Source: Patescibacteria group bacterium
GTDB taxonomy: Bacteria > Patescibacteriota > Minisyncoccia > UBA6257 > 2-01-FULL-56-20
DNA length: 41,195 nt
Direction: 5' to 3'
NCBI GenBank assembly: GCA_025054755.1
Contig: JANWZH010000002.1
Span: 1 to 41,195 of the forward strand
Part shown: positions 37,971 through 41,195 of the stretch, piece after piece
How positions within the stretch are numbered: the stretch's first letter is position 1
Layout: every line of letters starts with the position of its first letter
Notes under the pieces: model-generated
Database searches by the model: none
What the model was told of the DNA's origin: nothing
Seen by the model: only the letters and a program-made list of their open reading frames with translations
Translations under genes and position numbers: made by a program

Positions 37971-39302
37971 ATGTTAAAAGATAATAAAATTCAAAGAGTA
38001 AAATATGCTTCGCCTCCGCCTGGTCTTCCAATTTATGGTCAGGTTAATCACAAAAAGGCAACTTTTATAGGAATAACTAATTATATTTCTAGTTTAGAAG
38101 AAAAAAAATTTTTATTTGCTATAAAAAGATCGGACAGGAAAAATCATATTAATATTGTTGGTAAAAGTGGAGTTGGAAAATCTAAAATGCTTGAAGTAAT
38201 GATTAGGCAAGATGTTTTTAATGATTATGGGCTATGTTTATTTGATTTTAATGGTGATGTTGTAAATAATTTACTTGATTTCATTCCAGAAAATAAAGTT
38301 GATGATGTAATTTTAATAGATTTTTCGAATAAAAATTGTAATATATTGTTTAATCCATTGTATGATATTAATCCAAATTTTAAGCATCATTTTGTTAATG
38401 GTTTAATTGAGGTTTTTAAAAATCAATTTGGAGAAAATTGGAGTTGGACACCAAGAATGGAACATTTATTTAGATTTGCCTTGCTATTATTATTAGAATA
38501 TCCTGAAGCTACGTTAAAAGACATGATTTTTATTTTAAATGATAAAAATTTTAGAGAAAAAATTATAAATTATTCTAATGATAAAATTGATATTTTAATT
38601 AAGAATTTTTGGCTAAATGATTTTGAAAATTTATCTAAATTTAAAAATTTTAATGACGAAGTTATGATTCCTTTAATTAATAAAATTTCTAATTTAATGT
38701 CTAATCCATTTTTGAATAATATTTTTAGTAATAAAAAAAATAAAATTGATTTTAATGATTTTGTTAATAATAAAAAAATTGTTTTAATTAATTTAGCTAG
38801 TCAATTTTTAGGTAAAAATGAAGCTACTTTTTTGGGTTTAATTTTGCTTTTAAAATTAAAAGAAGCAGGGTTTTTGCGAGTAGGTTTAAAAAATATAAGT
38901 GAATTTTATTTGTATATTGATGATTTTTATATAATGAACAATAAAATTTTTGAAGATTTTTTAATTAATTCTAAAAAATACAATTTTTATTTAACTCTAT
39001 CTTATAATCAAATTAGTCAATTTGATCAAAGTGTAAGAAATAATATTTTAAATATGGTAGGAACAAATATTATATTTAGAATTACAAACGAAGATGCTCA
39101 AATTTTTAAGAATGAAATGTCTCCAGTTTTTGATGTTAAAGATATGATTAATTTAGGCAATGAAGAATTCTATATTAAAATGATAGTTGATGGCGAAACA
39201 AAAGATCCTTTTTCAGCTAATAGTTTAAAAATTTTAAAACCGCCTTATCCTTCAAATAAAAATAAAATTATTAGTAATTGTTTAAAAATTTTATGTGAGT
39301 AA
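37971..39302 (+). CDS. Anchor-less TraG/VirD4/TrwB-like (FtsK-HerA superfamily) P-loop NTPase (gene 3 of the module)
   Basis: 443 aa. Walker A GKSGVGKS (38160-38183), Walker B-like FYLYIDDF, a YNQ box and a TNIIFR...EDAQ box in the order seen in type IV coupling proteins. No TM segment. Confidence 0.6.
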   Translation: MLKDNKIQRVKYASPPPGLPIYGQVNHKKATFIGITNYISSLEEKKFLFAIKRSDRKNHINIVGKSGVGKSKMLEVMIRQDVFNDYGLCLFDFNGDVVNNLLDFIPENKVDDVILIDFSNKNCNILFNPLYDINPNFKHHFVNGLIEVFKNQFGENWSWTPRMEHLFRFALLLLLEYPEATLKDMIFILNDKNFREKIINYSNDKIDILIKNFWLNDFENLSKFKNFNDEVMIPLINKISNLMSNPFLNNIFSNKKNKIDFNDFVNNKKIVLINLASQFLGKNEATFLGLILLLKLKEAGFLRVGLKNISEFYLYIDDFYIMNNKIFEDFLINSKKYNFYLTLSYNQISQFDQSVRNNILNMVGTNIIFRITNEDAQIFKNEMSPVFDVKDMINLGNEEFYIKMIVDGETKDPFSANSLKILKPPYPSNKNKIISNCLKILCE

Positions 39303-39306
39303 TTTT

Positions 39307-39378
39307 GCCAGAGTAGCTCAGTGGTAGAGCAGTCCCTTCGTAAGGGAAAGGTCGTGGGTTCAAATCCCACCTCTGGCT
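39307..39378 (+). tRNA. tRNA-Thr (anticodon CGT)
   Basis: Acceptor gccagag/ctctggc, D-arm gctc/gagc, anticodon loop tTCGTaa, T-arm gtggg-ttcaaat-cccac. Starts 4 nt after the ATPase stop. No CCA. Confidence 0.85.
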
Positions 39379-39485
39379 CAAAATATTAATTTTTATTAAA
39401 AATAAATAAAATATAAATAATAAATGTTTTATTTTTTATTGGAAATACTTGAAAAATTTTTATTTTTAGTTTTATATATAAGTAG

Positions 39486-39570
39486 GCCCGGGTGGCGGAA
39501 TTGGTATACGCAAAGGACTTAAAATCCTTGTCCCCTCGTGGGATTGTGGGTTCGAGTCCCACCCCGGGCA
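39486..39570 (+). tRNA. tRNA-Leu (anticodon TAA)
   Basis: Type II tRNA: acceptor gcccggg/cccgggc, anticodon stem aagga/tcctt with loop cTTAAaa, long variable arm, T-arm gtggg-ttcgagt-cccac. No CCA. Confidence 0.9.
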
Positions 39571-39663
39571 CAATTTATCTTCTATTGTTATAAAATTTTA
39601 ATTGAATTCAAATAATGATCTTGTTAAAATTACTTTATTACTTTGAAACAATTTTTAATTTCT

Positions 39664-40953
39664 ATGGCTGAAAAATTTTTATTTAAGTTTCCAGAAAAAT
39701 TTTTGTGGGGAGCATCTACTTCTAGTCATCAAGTCGAAGGGTTTAATTATAATAATTGGACAGAGTGGGAAAAAAATAATGCTTATAAATTATCTTTCAA
39801 TGCTAAAAATTATTATCAAAAATGGCAACAAGAAAATTTTAAAGAAATGTTCAGCCCTCAAAATTATGTTTCTGGAAAATCTACTGATCATTATCATAAA
39901 TTTGAATTAGATTTTAAACTAGCCAAAGAGCTTGGTCACAACTCAACTCGTTTTTCTATTGAATGGTCTAGAATTGAACCAGAAGAGGGCAAGTTTAATC
40001 AAAAAGAAATTAATCATTATAAACAAGTAATAGAATTATTAGAAAAATTAAATTTAGAGCCATTTGTAACAATTTGGCATTGGACTTTACCTATTTGGTT
40101 TGAAAGCTTGGGTGGTTTTGAAAATAGCAAAAACATTTTTTATTTTAAACGTTATGTTGAAAAAATAGTTAAAAATATTGGTAAAAATGTTAAATTTTGG
40201 ATTACAATTAACGAGCCTGAAATTTATTCTATGATGTCCTATTTAGAAGGAAAATGGCCACCTCAAAAGAAAAATATTTTTAAATATTTGAAAGTATTTC
40301 ATAATTTAATTTTTGCTCATAAAGAAACCTATAAAATTATTAAAAAAATAAACCCTAAAGCACAAATAGGAATTGCAAAAAATAATATTTATTTTGAAAG
40401 TTATAAAAATAAATTAGCAAATTTAATTTTAAAGAAATTAGCTGATTGGTGGTGGAATAATTATTTTTTAAATAAAATTCAAAATTATCAGGATTTTATA
40501 GGTTTAAATCATTATTTTCATAATAGAATTAATTATGGTTTTAATAAAAATGAAAATAAAATTGTTTCAGATTTGGGGTGGGAAGTTTTGCCAGAATCAA
40601 TTTATTATGTTTTAAAAGATTTAAAAAAATTTAATAAACCAATTTATATTACTGAAAATGGATTAGCTGATGCTCAAGACAAAAAAAGAATTTGGTTTAT
40701 TTTTGAAACATTAAAAAACATTTATAAAGCTTTAAATGAAGGAGTTGACATTAAAGGATATTTTCATTGGGCCTTAATAGATAATTTTGAATGGAGCGAT
40801 GGTTTTTGGCCAAGATTTGGTTTAATTGAAATAAATTATGAAAATTTAAATCGAAATATTAGATTATCGGCTTTGTTTTATAAAGAAATTTGTTTAAATA
40901 ATGGTATAACATATGATATGCTTGAAAAATATAAAAACCCGATAAATTTATAA
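39664..40953 (+). CDS. Glycoside hydrolase family 1 beta-glucosidase
   Basis: ORF track starts at a TTG (39643); the first ATG is at 39664. Motifs FLWGASTSSHQVEG, RFSIEWSRIEP, acid/base TINEP, nucleophile YITENG, and WALIDNFEW. Confidence 0.9.
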   Translation: MAEKFLFKFPEKFLWGASTSSHQVEGFNYNNWTEWEKNNAYKLSFNAKNYYQKWQQENFKEMFSPQNYVSGKSTDHYHKFELDFKLAKELGHNSTRFSIEWSRIEPEEGKFNQKEINHYKQVIELLEKLNLEPFVTIWHWTLPIWFESLGGFENSKNIFYFKRYVEKIVKNIGKNVKFWITINEPEIYSMMSYLEGKWPPQKKNIFKYLKVFHNLIFAHKETYKIIKKINPKAQIGIAKNNIYFESYKNKLANLILKKLADWWWNNYFLNKIQNYQDFIGLNHYFHNRINYGFNKNENKIVSDLGWEVLPESIYYVLKDLKKFNKPIYITENGLADAQDKKRIWFIFETLKNIYKALNEGVDIKGYFHWALIDNFEWSDGFWPRFGLIEINYENLNRNIRLSALFYKEICLNNGITYDMLEKYKNPINL

Positions 40954-40970
40954 TTATGTTAGAATATAGT

Positions 40971-41042
40971 GTCCCCGTGGTGAAATGGATATCACGTCAG
41001 GCTTCGGACCTGAAGTTCCGGGTTCAAATCCTGGCGGGGACG
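40971..41042 (+). tRNA. tRNA-Arg (anticodon TCG)
   Basis: Acceptor gtccccg/cggggac, D-arm gtga/tcac, anticodon stem tcagg/cctga with loop cTTCGga, T-arm ccggg-ttcaaat-cctgg. No CCA. Confidence 0.85.
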
Positions 41043-41064
41043 CATTGAATTAATTAATTTTTTT

Positions 41065-41195
41065 ATGAATAGATATATTATCGGTATTGATGAAGTGGGG
41101 AGAGGAGCATTAGCTGGTCCAATTTTTGTTTGTGCAGTTGTTTTGCCTCAAAATTTTAAAATTAAAAATAAAAAATTAGGAAAAATTTTAGATTC
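41065..41195 (+). CDS. rnhB: Ribonuclease HII (5' fragment, runs off the window end)
   Basis: My own translation from the ATG at 41065: [27 protein letters not shown]... [14 protein letters not shown] is the RNase HII active-site signature. Not in the ORF track because no stop is reached. Confidence 0.8.
   Translation, partial: MNRYIIGIDEVGRGALAGPIFVCAVVLPQNFKIKNKKLGKILD

Noticed and set aside
32774-39378. Genomic island bounded by tRNA-Ile and tRNA-Thr
   Set aside because: There is no integrase or recombinase gene and no direct repeat of either tRNA 3' end that I could find. Base composition and codon style are indistinguishable from the flanks, and the content includes housekeeping pepA.
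39386-39571. 61-aa minus-strand ORF
   Set aside because: Its N-terminal part is the reverse complement of the tRNA-Leu gene and the remainder is AT-rich intergenic spacer. It is spurious.

Overview
Very AT-rich, tightly packed segment, almost entirely coded on the plus strand. It looks like the chromosome of a reduced-genome bacterium of the Candidate Phyla Radiation (Patescibacteria) type. That placement is an inference from a divergent 16S rRNA gene, the gene content and the type IV pilus genes. The standard code 11 applies, because TGA terminates several conserved genes at their expected lengths. I call about 41 CDS. Housekeeping genes are ftsH, metG, hisS, lysS, rplS, rpsU, pth, lepB, greA, ybeY, ftsA, ftsZ, rmuC, tatD, pepA and a partial rnhB. 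Central-carbon genes are PEP synthase, a MOFRL glycerate kinase, a GH1 beta-glucosidase and NDH-2. There is one 16S rRNA gene with no 23S or 5S next to it, and five tRNA genes (Ser-TGA, Ile-GAT, Thr-CGT, Leu-TAA, Arg-TCG), none encoding the 3' CCA. A type IV pilus-like cluster spans 15.6-20.9 kb: PilC, three prepilin-like proteins, a Cys/Trp-repeat secreted protein and a PilM-PilN-like fusion. I rank four observations highest. (1) A translationally coupled three-gene module at 36.15-39.30 kb encodes a membrane-anchored 433-aa protein, a small single-TM protein and an anchor-less TraG/VirD4-like P-loop ATPase, with no other secretion or conjugation genes nearby. (2) The 16S 3' end has no CCUCC anti-Shine-Dalgarno sequence, and none of the called gene starts has a Shine-Dalgarno motif. 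(3) The 16S gene is unlinked, enclosed by its own 28-bp processing stem together with a structured trailer of about 115 nt. (4) The pilus-associated repeat protein. I saw no CRISPR array, IS element, integrase or prophage gene. All functional calls come from motif recognition by eye; no database search was possible.
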